This document shows, in pieces, positions 63,852 through 64,000 of a stretch of DNA of 64,000 nucleotides (position 1 is its first letter; each line of letters starts with the position of its first letter). The DNA is taken from IMG/VR virus record IMGVR_UViG_3300002494_000005, positions 3,482 through 67,481 of that record; one strand, given 5' to 3'. Under the pieces are notes generated by a model. The model was not told where the DNA came from, made no database searches, and saw nothing but the letters and a program-made list of their open reading frames with translations. This DNA comes from a virus. Position numbers and translations under genes: made by a program.

Positions 63852-64000
63852 CTTTTTACCTCCTTGGAGCCGGGTTGGCGATTACACGCCCGGCTCGGGG
63901 CGAAGCCCTGCCGAAGGCGCAAGGCGAGTGTCAAGGCCGGCGAAGCCGCCCGGAGGGCCCGAAGGGGCCTTGACACGAGCCGCGCCGAGGCACCGTAAGG

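Noticed and set aside
63928-63976. Cloverleaf as a tRNA
   Set aside because: Too short, with 3-nt loops and no anticodon or T-loop consensus

Overview
This window is most of the genome of a lytic, long-tailed siphovirus. Gene content and order, together with a phage-encoded two-barrel RNA polymerase, resemble the Thermus P23-45/P74-26 group; the host assignment is an inference. The + strand (1-34.2 kb) carries packaging, head, tail, a 2775-aa tape measure, two tail fibres, tail-tip and split lysis genes. The - strand (34.2-63.9 kb) carries family A DNA polymerase, class II RNR, ThyX, dNMP kinase, dCTP deaminase, AEP primase, Hjc, SSB, Cas4-like nuclease, DnaB, Rad52/Sak, MoxR-VWA, RNase H, early hypotheticals and the RNAP. 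The most striking unexplained signals are non-coding. (1) A bipartite motif, CGCTCCGCG-N9-11-YG(G/A), occurs at least 16 times on both strands; its complement folds into a C(GGA)G triloop hairpin with co-varying stems, making it a candidate promoter or hairpin signal for the phage RNAP. (2) A triloop cloverleaf lies upstream of the RNAP gene. (3) A long inverted-repeat element occurs in three dispersed copies, one fused to a DnaA-box hairpin. (4) A 1.4-kb AT-rich, ORF-free region holds duplicated promoter/leader units and palindromes. All counts were made by eye.
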